This document shows positions 35,526-45,711 of a DNA stretch of 64,000 bases, in pieces. The DNA is from an uncultured Candidatus Sumerlaeota bacterium. GTDB lineage: Bacteria; Sumerlaeota; Sumerlaeia; SLMS01. The translations under genes and the position numbers were made by a program. Position 1 is the first letter of the stretch. Each line of letters starts with the position of its first letter. The notes under the pieces are model-generated. The model was not told where the DNA came from and did not search any database. It saw nothing but the letters and a program-made list of their open reading frames with translations. Location: the NCBI GenBank assembly GCA_964346275.1, contig CAYFUR010000003.1, forward strand, positions 47,011-111,010, given 5' to 3'.

Positions 35526-37091
35526 TCACGGATTGTAGAGCAGGCTGCCTTCGATAACTCGATCAAGGCGGTCTGAGTAGCGAATTTCGACGAAGTAAGG
35601 CCCACGGCCGTCCTCGCGTCCCGACAAATCCGCTTCCCAGATGTGATGGCTTTCCGCGGGATTCACCCAGCTTTTGCCGGAGTCCATCGGGCCGCTATAC
35701 AGCGCCTGGGCCATGGGGTCTTCCTGGGGCGCGAAGTCCATTTCACTCCATTCACTTCCGTTGATGCGATACATCACCTCGGCGCCAGGCATCCCATCGA
35801 AAATGTTGGCCAGCAGCTTCTCGCTGTCGCCAAACTGCTGCTCCGGCGGGTAGATTCGCATCTGAAAATCCTTGTCCATGCCCGCCGCTTTATATTCGAA
35901 GGTATAGTCCGTTCCATTGATCGCCAGAATCGTATAGCCGTTGGGCGACCCATCACGCTGGTCGGCCAGAGGAATGCCGCGGGCATCCTTCGGCCCGCTC
36001 CACCAGGACCCGGAGACCGTGACCGTGTTGTGGCTGTGGAACTCGCCGTCCCCTTCCCAGCCTTCCTCTTCCGTGAAGAAATGATGGTTGTTGTAGTGCG
36101 TATGGCCGCTGACGGCGACGATCCATTTGCGATCCTTCAAGACGTCAAAGAGTGCCTGGATGTTGCCTGTCAGCTTGTTGCGGCGGGTGGCGGACCAGAG
36201 CGGCGCGTGGGTGCCGATGACGATCAGCCGATCCTCGGGCACGTACTCCAGGTTCCTCTCGAGCCAATCGATCTGCCAGGGTTCGAACGTCTCATCGTAC
36301 GTCCCCGTCCGTTCTTTACCCCCGAGCCAGCGAATATTGTCGAACACGACAAAGTGAGCCTTGCCGTAATTGAATGTATAGTTCGCGGGGCCAAAGTACC
36401 GATTGAACGTCTCGTCGGAATGCTCGTCATCCGGGGCATCAAAGTTTAAGTCATGGTTTCCCAAAACGTGGTAAAAGGGCACGCCCACCTTGCCCACGGA
36501 GCGGATATAGCGGTCGAAGAGATTCAGATGATCAAACATAATGTCGCCGAGCACGATTGCGAAGTCGGGATTCATCAGCGGCAATTCCGAGAGAACGTCG
36601 TCGCGTATATAATCCACTTCCTGGCTGGATTCCGGCTGGGTGTCGGCGAGCAAAGCGACTCGGAAGGCTTCCGGCTCCTCGACGGGATAAAGAGGGAATT
36701 CGATCTGATCCGGAAGATCACCGGTCGCGGCCACGCCGTCATAATAACTTTCCGGCGACCCCTGGGGCTTGTGGATGTAATAGAAGCGGGGCAGATTGTT
36801 CTCATCCACCGGCACAGCGTAGCCCTTCGGCTTGACCACGAAGATGATGGAATCATCGTCGACGGGAATTTCAAAACGCCCATCGGGACCTGTTGTGGAG
36901 AAGTCCTCTTCGTCCGCGACAACCACTCCTTCCATGGGCTGGTCGATCCCTTCGTCGAACTGGCCATTTTCGTTCAAATCTTCAAAAACAATTCCTGTGG
37001 CCTGCTCACTGGTCTGGGCGAGCACCGGTGCCGTGCCCAGCGAGAATGCCAAAAGCGTATAGACAGCATAGCGTCTTCTCATGGTCTTCAT
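35526..37091 (-). CDS. Secreted calcineurin-like metallophosphoesterase
   Basis: Start at 37091 (M41 of the longest frame) with GGAGAAAGGA upstream. Signal peptide 'MKTMRRRYAVYTLLAFSLGTAPVLAQ'. Motifs 'GDIMFD', 'GNHD' and 'GHTHYNNHHF'. Confidence 0.8.
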   Translation of the reverse strand: MKTMRRRYAVYTLLAFSLGTAPVLAQTSEQATGIVFEDLNENGQFDEGIDQPMEGVVVADEEDFSTTGPDGRFEIPVDDDSIIFVVKPKGYAVPVDENNLPRFYYIHKPQGSPESYYDGVAATGDLPDQIEFPLYPVEEPEAFRVALLADTQPESSQEVDYIRDDVLSELPLMNPDFAIVLGDIMFDHLNLFDRYIRSVGKVGVPFYHVLGNHDLNFDAPDDEHSDETFNRYFGPANYTFNYGKAHFVVFDNIRWLGGKERTGTYDETFEPWQIDWLERNLEYVPEDRLIVIGTHAPLWSATRRNKLTGNIQALFDVLKDRKWIVAVSGHTHYNNHHFFTEEEGWEGDGEFHSHNTVTVSGSWWSGPKDARGIPLADQRDGSPNGYTILAINGTDYTFEYKAAGMDKDFQMRIYPPEQQFGDSEKLLANIFDGMPGAEVMYRINGSEWSEMDFAPQEDPMAQALYSGPMDSGKSWVNPAESHHIWEADLSGREDGRGPYFVEIRYSDRLDRVIEGSLLYNP

Positions 37092-37294
37092 TCCTTTCTC
37101 CGTTTTCTGGATTGGCAGGATAAGCGTTCCCGGGGCCATTTCAATAAGGATATCGGCGTGCCACCAAATCGCCATGAGCGGGTTTCGACAAAGAGGAGGT
37201 TCGCCGGCCAACCTGGTCCGCCCAGGAGGCGGGAATCTGCCTTGCGGGACAAGATGGGGGCTCGGATCTTACGAACGAAAGGATAGCATAGGGC

Positions 37295-38227
37295 TCACGA
37301 GCGCCAAAGCTCTGGCTGGCCGTCTTTCTCGGTTTCGTGGTGGATCGCCACGAGACTGATTTGAGGAAAGCATTGCTTGAGATTCCGGCGCACCATCTCC
37401 TCGATGTCCGTGACACCCGCTGCCGGCAAGGCGTCGGAAACCACGATATGCAGATCCAGATGCACGTCGTTCTCCATCCCGTGGCTGCGGATGGCATGGG
37501 CGTCCAAAACGCCTTCAACATTTTCGGCGACGTGGCGCACCTCGCCCGGATCCAGCCGCTGGCGATCGGTCATTGTCGCCAGGTTGTCGCGCAGGATCAA
37601 GAAAGCAGCCAGGAAAAGCATGACACCAACGAAGGATGCCAGCAACGGGTCCAGCCACCAGGCAAAGGGGCTGAGCGCCAGGGAGGCAAAGCTGAGCCCG
37701 GTGATGGCCGAATCCGAGAGCGTGTGCTTTGAATCCGCCCGGAGCAATGGACTCCCCAGCCGCTTGCCCTCTCGGCCTTCGTAGGCCGCCACAAAAAGGT
37801 TCACCGCAAGCCCGGCGCCGACCAGTGCATAGAAGTACCAGGCGCTCGGTTCATGGCGGTTTTCGCCCAATGTTCCGGCAAAATGGCGATAGACGACAGA
37901 AAAGGCGTTTCGAAACATTTCGTAGCACAGCAGCATGACCAGTGCGCCGATGAGCATGGCGGCGACGTGTTCGAACTTCGCATGGCCATAGGGATGCTTC
38001 TCGTCCGCCGGTTTATTGGCCAGGCGCATCGTCACGATGCCGATCACGTTGTTGGCGCCATCCAGAATGCTGTGGAATCCATCCGCGACAACGGTCAGGT
38101 TTCCAGCCAGCAAACCCACGACGATCTTGATCGCGGCCACCATCCAATTGAAAAAAAGCGTGTGGAGCAGAACCCGCGAAACCGATCGATTCCGCTCCGC
38201 ATAATCCGCCTGTCCGGAAGAGGTCAT
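37295..38227 (-). CDS. Cation diffusion facilitator family transporter (CzcD/FieF-like)
   Basis: ATG at 38227 (the longest frame uses TTG at 38254). 'AGNLTVVADGFHSILDGANNVIGI' and 'YGHAKFE' are CDF signatures; a C-terminal cytoplasmic domain is present. Confidence 0.85.
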   Translation of the reverse strand: MTSSGQADYAERNRSVSRVLLHTLFFNWMVAAIKIVVGLLAGNLTVVADGFHSILDGANNVIGIVTMRLANKPADEKHPYGHAKFEHVAAMLIGALVMLLCYEMFRNAFSVVYRHFAGTLGENRHEPSAWYFYALVGAGLAVNLFVAAYEGREGKRLGSPLLRADSKHTLSDSAITGLSFASLALSPFAWWLDPLLASFVGVMLFLAAFLILRDNLATMTDRQRLDPGEVRHVAENVEGVLDAHAIRSHGMENDVHLDLHIVVSDALPAAGVTDIEEMVRRNLKQCFPQISLVAIHHETEKDGQPELWRS

Positions 38228-38407
38228 GACTAACTGTTTTACCCTTTGATACAAGCCTGGGCTTCCGGCTTGAGACCTTTGAAGTGAAGAGTCTTTTCCT
38301 CTTGGAAGGAATCGTCAAGATTTCTCGGCCAAATAGCGGAAAAACTTCCATAGGCGGGCTTTTTGCTCCCTTCGCCAAAGCGCCAAAACCTTGAACCGGA
38401 GTGTCCC

Positions 38408-39505
38408 GTGAAACGACTCGCTGTCTTGCTCCTCTTCCTTTTTTCGCTCCTCACGGCGGGACACGCCCAAGAATATCGGCTGGCCCTTCCCGGATACGAC
38501 TATACGTTCCCGAGGGACCACGGAGCCCACCCCCAGTTCCAGAACGAATGGTGGTACTTTACCGGTAACCTGGTGGCGGAGAACGGACGGCAATTCGGAT
38601 TCAAATACACGATCTTCCGATCGGCCATCGCGCCTCCGAACACACGCTCCCTGAAGAAGTCCCCCCTTGCGGATTCGCAACTCCTCCTGGGCCATTTCGC
38701 GATCAGTGATCTCGACAAGAAAGATCATGAGAGCTGGGAACGCCTGGGGCGTCCCGGTTTTGGCCAGGCGGAATTCAGCACGGAAACCCTGGCCCTCCGC
38801 GTGGACCGCTGGCGCATTGAGCGCGCCGAGGGAGACTCTATCCACGTCCGGACGGAAACCGGCGACTCGGGCATCGACCTGATGCTCGATCCGCTGAAGC
38901 CCTTCGTGATTCATGGCGAGGAGGGCATCCATCGAAAAGGAGCCGGCCGTGGTCAGGCCTCCCACTACATCACCTACCCGAGGCTCCAAGCCGAAGGCAC
39001 CCTGGCCTGGCGGGGTGAAACATTCCAGGTGGAGGGCCTTGCATGGATGGACCATGAATTCGGATCGAACCAGCTCGGCGAGGAGGAGGTCGGCTGGGAC
39101 TGGTTCGCCATCCAGTTGGATTCAAATGAAGAGCTGATGCTTTATGGCATTCGGCGCCGCGATGGCAGTTTTTCCCCCATTGCCACCGGTTCGTATATAA
39201 ACGCAGAAGGAGAACTGGTGCCGATTCCGAAAAGCGAATACACCATCGAGGAGCTTGACCAGTGGAAATCGCCAAAGTCCGGCGCCGTCTATCCGATGGG
39301 ATGGCGCATCAGCCTCCCCCGTTATGACGCGAATCTTCGCATCGCCCCCGCTTTCAAAAACCAGGAAATGGATACGACCCGCTATACAGGTGCGTATTAC
39401 TGGGAAGGAGCGATTCGAATTTCGGGAAAATGGAAGGGAGCGGAAACGCGCGGGAAAGGATACGCGGAATTGGTTGGCTACGCGGGCGACTTCGGCCTGC
39501 TCTAA
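38408..39505 (+). CDS. AttH/CrtC-like (lipocalin-like hydroxyneurosporene-synthase family) secreted protein
   Basis: Probable GTG at 38408 giving the signal peptide 'KRLAVLLLFLFSLLTAGHA'. 'FPRDHGAHPQFQNEWWYFTGNL' matches the conserved CrtC/AttH N-terminal motif. Confidence 0.6.
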   Translation: MKRLAVLLLFLFSLLTAGHAQEYRLALPGYDYTFPRDHGAHPQFQNEWWYFTGNLVAENGRQFGFKYTIFRSAIAPPNTRSLKKSPLADSQLLLGHFAISDLDKKDHESWERLGRPGFGQAEFSTETLALRVDRWRIERAEGDSIHVRTETGDSGIDLMLDPLKPFVIHGEEGIHRKGAGRGQASHYITYPRLQAEGTLAWRGETFQVEGLAWMDHEFGSNQLGEEEVGWDWFAIQLDSNEELMLYGIRRRDGSFSPIATGSYINAEGELVPIPKSEYTIEELDQWKSPKSGAVYPMGWRISLPRYDANLRIAPAFKNQEMDTTRYTGAYYWEGAIRISGKWKGAETRGKGYAELVGYAGDFGLL

Positions 39506-40197
39506 GCGCGTTCCGCCTTTGCCCCGCTTCCACTTGTGTAGGCGAGCACAAGCAGCGCCAGGGCGCTGATAATCGCCACGAGGACAAAGGCCTCCCGGTC
39601 GCGCCCGGCATTCATCAGCTCGTAAATCGCGATCGCCGCCGTCTGCGTTTCGCCCGGAATATTTCCCGCCACCATCAGGGTCGCGCCGAAATCGCCCACC
39701 GCCCGGGCGAAGGCGATGGTTCCCGCCGCCATGAGCGAGGGCCGGATAAGAGGCAGGTAAATCTCGAGAAACAGGCGCACGCCCCCCGCGCCGTCTATAC
39801 GGGCGGCCTCGATGATTTCCTCCTCCGTTCCGGAGAAAACCGCCGCCAGCTGGCGCGTCACGATGGGGATCGTCGCAACTGATGCCGCCAGGATTGCCGC
39901 ATTCGTCGTAAAGACAAGAGGCGAGCCGAAGAGCGTCTCCCAGGCCTCGCCGATCGGGCTTCGCCGCCCCGCCAGGACGAGAAGGTAATAACCTACCACG
40001 GTGGGAGGCAAAACCAGCGGCAGCAGAACCGCCGCCATGACCCACCGCTTTCCGCGAAATGCCCGCGTTCCCAGAAAATAGCCGAATAACGAACCCAGAA
40101 CCAACGCGGCCAGCGTTGCCGCGAATGCCACACGAAGCGTGAGAAAAACCGGCCGCCAGTCTACATCGGAAAGTGTTTCAAACAAGGCGTTGATCAT
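39502..40197 (-). CDS. modB: Molybdate ABC transporter permease
   Basis: ABC-transporter TM-domain permease signature 'EAARIDGAGGVRLFLEIYLPLIRP' and 'GNIPGETQTAAIAIY', which is typical of ModB. Adjacent to a ModA-like gene. Confidence 0.75.
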   Translation of the reverse strand: MINALFETLSDVDWRPVFLTLRVAFAATLAALVLGSLFGYFLGTRAFRGKRWVMAAVLLPLVLPPTVVGYYLLVLAGRRSPIGEAWETLFGSPLVFTTNAAILAASVATIPIVTRQLAAVFSGTEEEIIEAARIDGAGGVRLFLEIYLPLIRPSLMAAGTIAFARAVGDFGATLMVAGNIPGETQTAAIAIYELMNAGRDREAFVLVAIISALALLVLAYTSGSGAKAERA

Positions 40198-40991
40198 TCT
40201 CCCCCACCCTCATTGGGGAGCGAGTAGCCATGTCGCTGGAGAATTGTCTCGGCGGTTTCCGTCGAGAGGAAATCCAGAAACTCGCGCGCTTGCTCTTTCA
40301 TCTCCGATCGCACGATCATACCAGCATCCTGGCGGATGAGTTGGTGAAGGCTTCGGGGAATCTGCTCATAGGGCCACTCGCCAGATACCGCCAGTGAGAG
40401 GGGAACCAGGCCCGCCTCGGCATTCCCGCTGGTCACGAAACGAAAAGCCTGGCCGACATTCTCACCGAGGACTAAACGAGGCTCCACATGCTCCCAGACC
40501 CCGCTGTTCTGGAGGGCTTCGCGTGCCGCGCGCCCATAGGGAGCATGGGCCGGATTCGCGATCGAGACTTTCCGCACCCTCTCGTCGGCCAGGTCCCCGA
40601 TCGAATCAATGGGAGGGCTGATTCCCCGCGCCGCCACCAGCACGAGCTGGCCCAACGCAAATGTCGTGGTGCTGCCGGGGCTCACAATCCCCTCTTCGGC
40701 AAGAGCCTGGATGTATTCATCGTCCGCGCTCAGGAAAAGATCAAAGCCCGCTCCCTGGCGAATTTGCCGGTAAAGAATCCCCGATGCTCCGCTGCTCAGG
40801 GTCGTCTGGACGCCGGATCTCTTCTCGAATTCCCGAGTGATCTCTTCCAAAGCCGGGAGGGCATTCGACGCGACGGCAATCACAAGGGGAGGATCTTCGT
40901 CCGCTCCCCCGCCGCAGGCGGCGAGAAGCACAAGAACAATGAAGATCGTAAGAAGTTTGAACGGAAATACGGACGGCACGGCTCTCTCCAA
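40194..40991 (-). CDS. modA: Molybdate ABC transporter substrate-binding lipoprotein
   Basis: Lipobox 'LLAACGGG'. 'VIAVASNALPALEEI...SSGASGIL...FDLFLSADDEY' is ModA-like. Overlaps modB by 4 nt. Confidence 0.8.
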   Translation of the reverse strand: MERAVPSVFPFKLLTIFIVLVLLAACGGGADEDPPLVIAVASNALPALEEITREFEKRSGVQTTLSSGASGILYRQIRQGAGFDLFLSADDEYIQALAEEGIVSPGSTTTFALGQLVLVAARGISPPIDSIGDLADERVRKVSIANPAHAPYGRAAREALQNSGVWEHVEPRLVLGENVGQAFRFVTSGNAEAGLVPLSLAVSGEWPYEQIPRSLHQLIRQDAGMIVRSEMKEQAREFLDFLSTETAETILQRHGYSLPNEGGGE

Positions 40992-41145
40992 ACTCAGGAA
41001 AACTCAACATTCGAGCTTTCCTTTCTCTGAATCGAGCAGAATTCCACGCCCCCAGTGAAAATAGGTAAAGTCTATGCTTCTCTTAAGACCTGATGGCTGC
41101 GAGACAGCATGTTAAACAGCCGAAAGAGAGGCTTTCTCGGCAGTT

Positions 41146-44100
41146 TTGCCTTCATCCCCATCGCCGCGCCCGAAAGCCGTGAGGAGAATTCAGTCTCAGA
41201 TGGAGAGTTTCAGTCCACGCCCTGGACCAGCGAGCGGACAGCATCGAGCCAGCGGCGGTTCCTCGCGCCTCATTGCCCGCAAAAACATTCAACGCCATCT
41301 TTGGCCTCTTATTTACTCTGCCGGGACGGCCATGGCGATTCTCCTCACGGTCCTTCTTTACGACTTCATCCAACAGGAATTCCTCCTTCTAATCTTTTCC
41401 GGCAGAGAGGCCCAATGGCTGGGCGTCTCCGCGAGGGCCTGGTCATTCCGGATCATAATTCTTCTCTTTGCTCTCCTCGCGGGTGCCCTTGTCTATTCTT
41501 TCAGCCTGCGAGCCGCTCTTCTCCAGGAACGGATCGACCGAACAACAAAACGCCTCCGCCAAAAAGAACGCGAAGCCCGGGGCAGGGAAGCGGAACACAA
41601 AGGCATTCTCGCCTCCTTGAAAGACGTGATTTGGGCGGGCGACCCGGAGACTCACGAGATGGTTTATCTGAATCCTTCCGCCGAAGCCCTTTACGGCCTG
41701 CCTCGCGAGAGTTTCTTCCAGAATCCCGATCTCTGGAAAAAAGTGGTGCATCCCGCCGACCAGGAAAAGGTGATGCGCTATACATCGCTGCTTCATCAAA
41801 ACGGTTTCGTTGAAATGAACTACCGCATTGTTCGGCCCGATGGAGAAGTGCGATGGGTCACCGACCAAGGCACAGTGATCCGCAACCAGGAGGGCGGGGC
41901 GAGACGCCTCGCCGGGATCGTCAGTGATATCACGGAACAGGTTTTTGCCCGCGAGGGATTAAAGCGGAGCGAGGAGATGATCAAAAGCATTCTCAACGGC
42001 GCGCCCATCATGATCCGCGCCGTCGACTCCCGCGGAATCATCAAGCTCTGCGAGGGTCGCTCGCTCGAGGCCATTGGTGAAACGCCCGGCCAAGCTGTGG
42101 GCGAACTAGTTCAAAATCACTTCAAAGACGACTTCCAGCAATGGAGCGATTGGATGCGCGCGCTTTCCGGCGAGACCTTTACCTCAATTTGGAGCCGCCG
42201 GGGCTATGTGTTTGAAACCTTCTACTCCCCTCTGAGGGAAGACGGAAAGATCGTTGGGGCCGTTTGCGTGGGGAACGACATCACAACGCGCCAGATTGCC
42301 CAGGAAGCCCTGGAAGAATCGGAAATGCGCTTTCGGCGCCTCGCGGATTCCGCGAACGAGGGCGTCGTGATCTCCCTGGATGGAACCATTCTCGAGGCCA
42401 ATGAAGCCTTCCTGCGGATTTTTGGTCTTGATGAGAAAGAAGTAGAAGGACTGACTGCCAAAGACATCGTTGCCCCTGAAGCCTGTGAACGGACTCTGGA
42501 AAAAATCCGAAACCAGGACGAAGGCGTCTACGAGTCCATCGGGAAAAGAAAAGACGGATCCCGTTTTCCCATCGAGGTTTATGGCCGCGCGATACCTTAT
42601 GAAGGACGGATGGCGCGGGTCACGTCTATACGGGATATCACCGCCGAGAAGCGGATTCGCCAGGAACTGCTCGAGGCGATTGAAACCGCTGAATCCGCAT
42701 CCCGGGCGAAAAGCGAATTCATTGCGAATGTCAGCCACGAAATCCGGACGCCGCTGAACGCCGTGATCGGGCTCGCCCAAATCCTCGAACGCTCCGACCT
42801 GAACGCCCAGCAGCGCGATTACATTCAGACCATTCATCGCTCGGGCGATACCTTGCTCTCGCTGCTCAATGATCTTCTGGATCTTTCAAAAGTCGACGCG
42901 GGGAAACTGGAAATCGAGAAGATCGGTTTCGATGTGCGGGAATGCGTGGAGGCCGTGGGAGATTTGCTCGCGCCGAAAGCGCAGCTCAAAGGGCTGGAAT
43001 TCCTGGTGGAAATTGATCGGGATGTCCCACGCCAGGTGGTCGGCGATCCCTCCCGCCTTCAACAAATCCTCCTGAATCTTGCCGGCAATGCCGTGAAATT
43101 CACTTCCGAGGGTGAAGTGCATATTCGGGTCGAAAGAGAAACAACGGAAAAAGAAATGCCCGGCAGAACGACGCTCCTGTTTTCCATCGAAGATACTGGA
43201 ATTGGCATTTCAACGGAAGACCGAGCGAAGCTCTTTCAGCCATTTTCACAGGTCGATTCGTCCACAACTCGCAAATACGGCGGGACCGGCCTGGGCCTTG
43301 CCATCTCGCGCCAGCTTGTTCACGCCATGGATGGCGAGATCGATGTGGAAAGCGAAGAAGGTGAGGGGACTCGATTCTCTTTTACGCTTCCTCTTTTGGT
43401 ATCAGACAGCCGCACAGCGACGGAAACGGCCTTTAAGCTACAGATTCTCGGGGGAATGAAAGTTCTTCTCGTTGACGAAAATGAGCCCGCGCGCCGCCAG
43501 CTGAGCGGAATGCTTTCTTCCTGGGGCTGCGAAGTCACCGAACTGTCCGGCGGCAAACCCCTCCTGGAAATGGCTCGCGAGAACAGGGATTGCGGCCACT
43601 TCGATGCGATCATCCTGGATCAACAACTTCAGGACATACAACTTGCCGATCTCCTGGAAGAACTTGGCAAAGCAGTGCCGGATCGCACATGTCCTTTTAT
43701 CCTGATGACCGCAGCGACGGCTTCTTCGGAGGAATTGACTCTGATTAACGAGCATTTTGACACCTTCATTCGCAAACCGATCAAACGAACCCAAATGTTG
43801 GAAGCGCTTGTTAACCTTTCTCTCGGCGATGACCAGGACCAGGACATGGGGTTGTCCGAATCAAGCGCCAGCCAGTGGCTTGAGGCGCATGCTCCTGATT
43901 CCCCGGACAGGAGCACGGCCGTTCTCGTCGTCGAGGACAATGAGATCAATCAGCTCGTTGCCCGGGAAATGTTGCGGAATGCCGGTATCGCGTGCGAGTT
44001 TGCCCAAAACGGTCTCGAAGCCCTCGATATGCTGAAACACAAGTCCTATGATCTCGTCTTCATGGACGTTCAAATGCCCGAGATGGATGGGATCGAGGCG

Positions 44101-44688
44101 ACCAGACATCTTCGTGAATCAGGCTGTCAAACGCCCGTGATCGCCATGACCGCCAGCGCTCTCTCGAGGGACCGCGAGCGATGCATGGAAGCGGGAATGG
44201 ATGATTACGTTACGAAGCCCATCAGCATGGAGACTCTCCAGGAGGTGCTCAATCAGCACTTGCATCGATCCAGCACGCAGTCTGGAGAGCAAGAAGGCCG
44301 GGATTCCCACTCAGACCACCGAGGCCCGGTTGACCTCGACCGTTTGAACATCATCACCGCCGGCGATAAAGATGTGATGAAAGAGATTGCCGACCTTTTC
44401 CTGAAGGACGGCCGAAAGCGCCTCTCCGAAATCCGCGACGCTTTGAAGGAGCAGAACCTGGAGGCGGTCCGCAAAAATGCGCATGCGCTCAAAGGTGCCA
44501 GCATGAACCTGGGAGCTCAGGAGCTGGGTGCTACATGCGCGGCATTGGAGAATCGCGCCCGGGAAGCGTCCCTCCCGGCCATGCGCCGTGAATATGCCCA
44601 GGCATGTGAGCAATACCGCGAGGCAGAAGATTTCCTGCACTCTCGTTTAGGCGAGGGAGCAGCGGCGCGACCTAGCGGGCCCAGATAG
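41146..44688 (+). CDS. Hybrid sensor histidine kinase (2 TM, 3 PAS, HisKA, HATPase, REC, REC, Hpt)
   Basis: H-box 'SHEIRTPLNAVIGLAQ'. G-boxes 'GTGLGLAISRQLV'. REC domains 'VLLVDENEPARR' and 'VLVVEDNEINQ...DLVFMDVQMPEMDG'. Hpt 'AHALKGASMNLGA'. Start codon uncertain. Confidence 0.85.
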   Translation: MPSSPSPRPKAVRRIQSQMESFSPRPGPASGQHRASGGSSRLIARKNIQRHLWPLIYSAGTAMAILLTVLLYDFIQQEFLLLIFSGREAQWLGVSARAWSFRIIILLFALLAGALVYSFSLRAALLQERIDRTTKRLRQKEREARGREAEHKGILASLKDVIWAGDPETHEMVYLNPSAEALYGLPRESFFQNPDLWKKVVHPADQEKVMRYTSLLHQNGFVEMNYRIVRPDGEVRWVTDQGTVIRNQEGGARRLAGIVSDITEQVFAREGLKRSEEMIKSILNGAPIMIRAVDSRGIIKLCEGRSLEAIGETPGQAVGELVQNHFKDDFQQWSDWMRALSGETFTSIWSRRGYVFETFYSPLREDGKIVGAVCVGNDITTRQIAQEALEESEMRFRRLADSANEGVVISLDGTILEANEAFLRIFGLDEKEVEGLTAKDIVAPEACERTLEKIRNQDEGVYESIGKRKDGSRFPIEVYGRAIPYEGRMARVTSIRDITAEKRIRQELLEAIETAESASRAKSEFIANVSHEIRTPLNAVIGLAQILERSDLNAQQRDYIQTIHRSGDTLLSLLNDLLDLSKVDAGKLEIEKIGFDVRECVEAVGDLLAPKAQLKGLEFLVEIDRDVPRQVVGDPSRLQQILLNLAGNAVKFTSEGEVHIRVERETTEKEMPGRTTLLFSIEDTGIGISTEDRAKLFQPFSQVDSSTTRKYGGTGLGLAISRQLVHAMDGEIDVESEEGEGTRFSFTLPLLVSDSRTATETAFKLQILGGMKVLLVDENEPARRQLSGMLSSWGCEVTELSGGKPLLEMARENRDCGHFDAIILDQQLQDIQLADLLEELGKAVPDRTCPFILMTAATASSEELTLINEHFDTFIRKPIKRTQMLEALVNLSLGDDQDQDMGLSESSASQWLEAHAPDSPDRSTAVLVVEDNEINQLVAREMLRNAGIACEFAQNGLEALDMLKHKSYDLVFMDVQMPEMDGIEATRHLRESGCQTPVIAMTASALSRDRERCMEAGMDDYVTKPISMETLQEVLNQHLHRSSTQSGEQEGRDSHSDHRGPVDLDRLNIITAGDKDVMKEIADLFLKDGRKRLSEIRDALKEQNLEAVRKNAHALKGASMNLGAQELGATCAALENRAREASLPAMRREYAQACEQYREAEDFLHSRLGEGAAARPSGPR

Positions 44689-44754
44689 TCCTTGCAGCAC
44701 TTTTCTTTCTGCTTAAAATAAGAGGTGGATTCATTCTTTGCGAGAGGCTGCTTC

Positions 44755-45711
44755 ATGGACCAGCAAAAATCCATTATCGATGTCGAAAATCTCGTCGTTG
44801 ATTATGGAAAGGGGAAAGACAAGACCCGTGCCGTGTCCGGCATCAGCCTCTCGGTCGCCAAGGGGGAAACAGTCGGCTTTATCGGCGCCAACGGCGCGGG
44901 AAAATCCACAACGATTAAAACCCTCATGGGGTTCATTTTCCCCACCAGTGGCACGGTTCGGATGTTCGGAGCGCCCTGTGGGACAGTAGAAAGCCGCCGG
45001 CGCATCGGCTATCTTCCAGAAGTCGCCCTCTATTATCCTTTCATGAAGGCCCGCGAGCTGCTCGAACTTTATGGAGGCCTCCAGGGCATGGCTGCGCGTG
45101 AGTTGAAACGGGAGATTCCAGGACTCCTGGATAAAGTCGGCCTCGCTGGCAAGGAAGAGGTGCTGCTCAAGAACTTCTCAAAAGGCATGCAACAACGCCT
45201 TGGAATCGCCCAGGCCATTATTGCACGTCCGGAAGCCCTGGTCTTTGATGAGCTGTCGAGCGGCCTCGATCCTGTCGGGCGCCATGACCTCCGGCAGGTT
45301 CTGCTCGAATTGAAACAGGAAGGCCGGACGATCTTCTTCAGCTCCCACGAGTTGACGGAGGTGGAGACTTTGTGCGACCGCGTGATCATGATTCACCGGG
45401 GCAAAATCGTTACGGAAGCGCCCGTGGACGAACTCATGAAGCCGCTCAATGAATTCGAGATCGTCTTTCAATTGCCGGAAGGAGAAGAAATGCCCCCGGC
45501 GATCGCCGAGACCTCTCCTGAAAGGGATGGAAACCGGTTCCGCGCCCGCATTCATGACGTCGAGCATTACAGCCGGTGTATACACGAGCTGTCAGAACGG
45601 CGTGCTCCGATTCACCACACGTCGTCGAAATCGCGTTCCCTGGAAGATTACTTTATCGAGTTGGTTCGTGAGCAGGAAACGGGCACCCTTCAACACTCCA
45701 GTTCCGAATAA
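44755..45711 (+). CDS. ABC transporter ATP-binding protein
   Basis: ATG at 44755 with GAGAGG upstream. Walker A 'GANGAGKST', signature 'LSSGL'-like and Walker B 'LVFDE'. Confidence 0.85.
   Translation: MDQQKSIIDVENLVVDYGKGKDKTRAVSGISLSVAKGETVGFIGANGAGKSTTIKTLMGFIFPTSGTVRMFGAPCGTVESRRRIGYLPEVALYYPFMKARELLELYGGLQGMAARELKREIPGLLDKVGLAGKEEVLLKNFSKGMQQRLGIAQAIIARPEALVFDELSSGLDPVGRHDLRQVLLELKQEGRTIFFSSHELTEVETLCDRVIMIHRGKIVTEAPVDELMKPLNEFEIVFQLPEGEEMPPAIAETSPERDGNRFRARIHDVEHYSRCIHELSERRAPIHHTSSKSRSLEDYFIELVREQETGTLQHSSSE

Noticed and set aside
38228-38254. Longer TTG-initiated N-terminus for the CDF transporter (start 38254)
   Set aside because: An in-frame ATG at 38227 gives an N-terminus of conventional length for the CDF family, so the TTG extension is probably not translated. 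This is uncertain.
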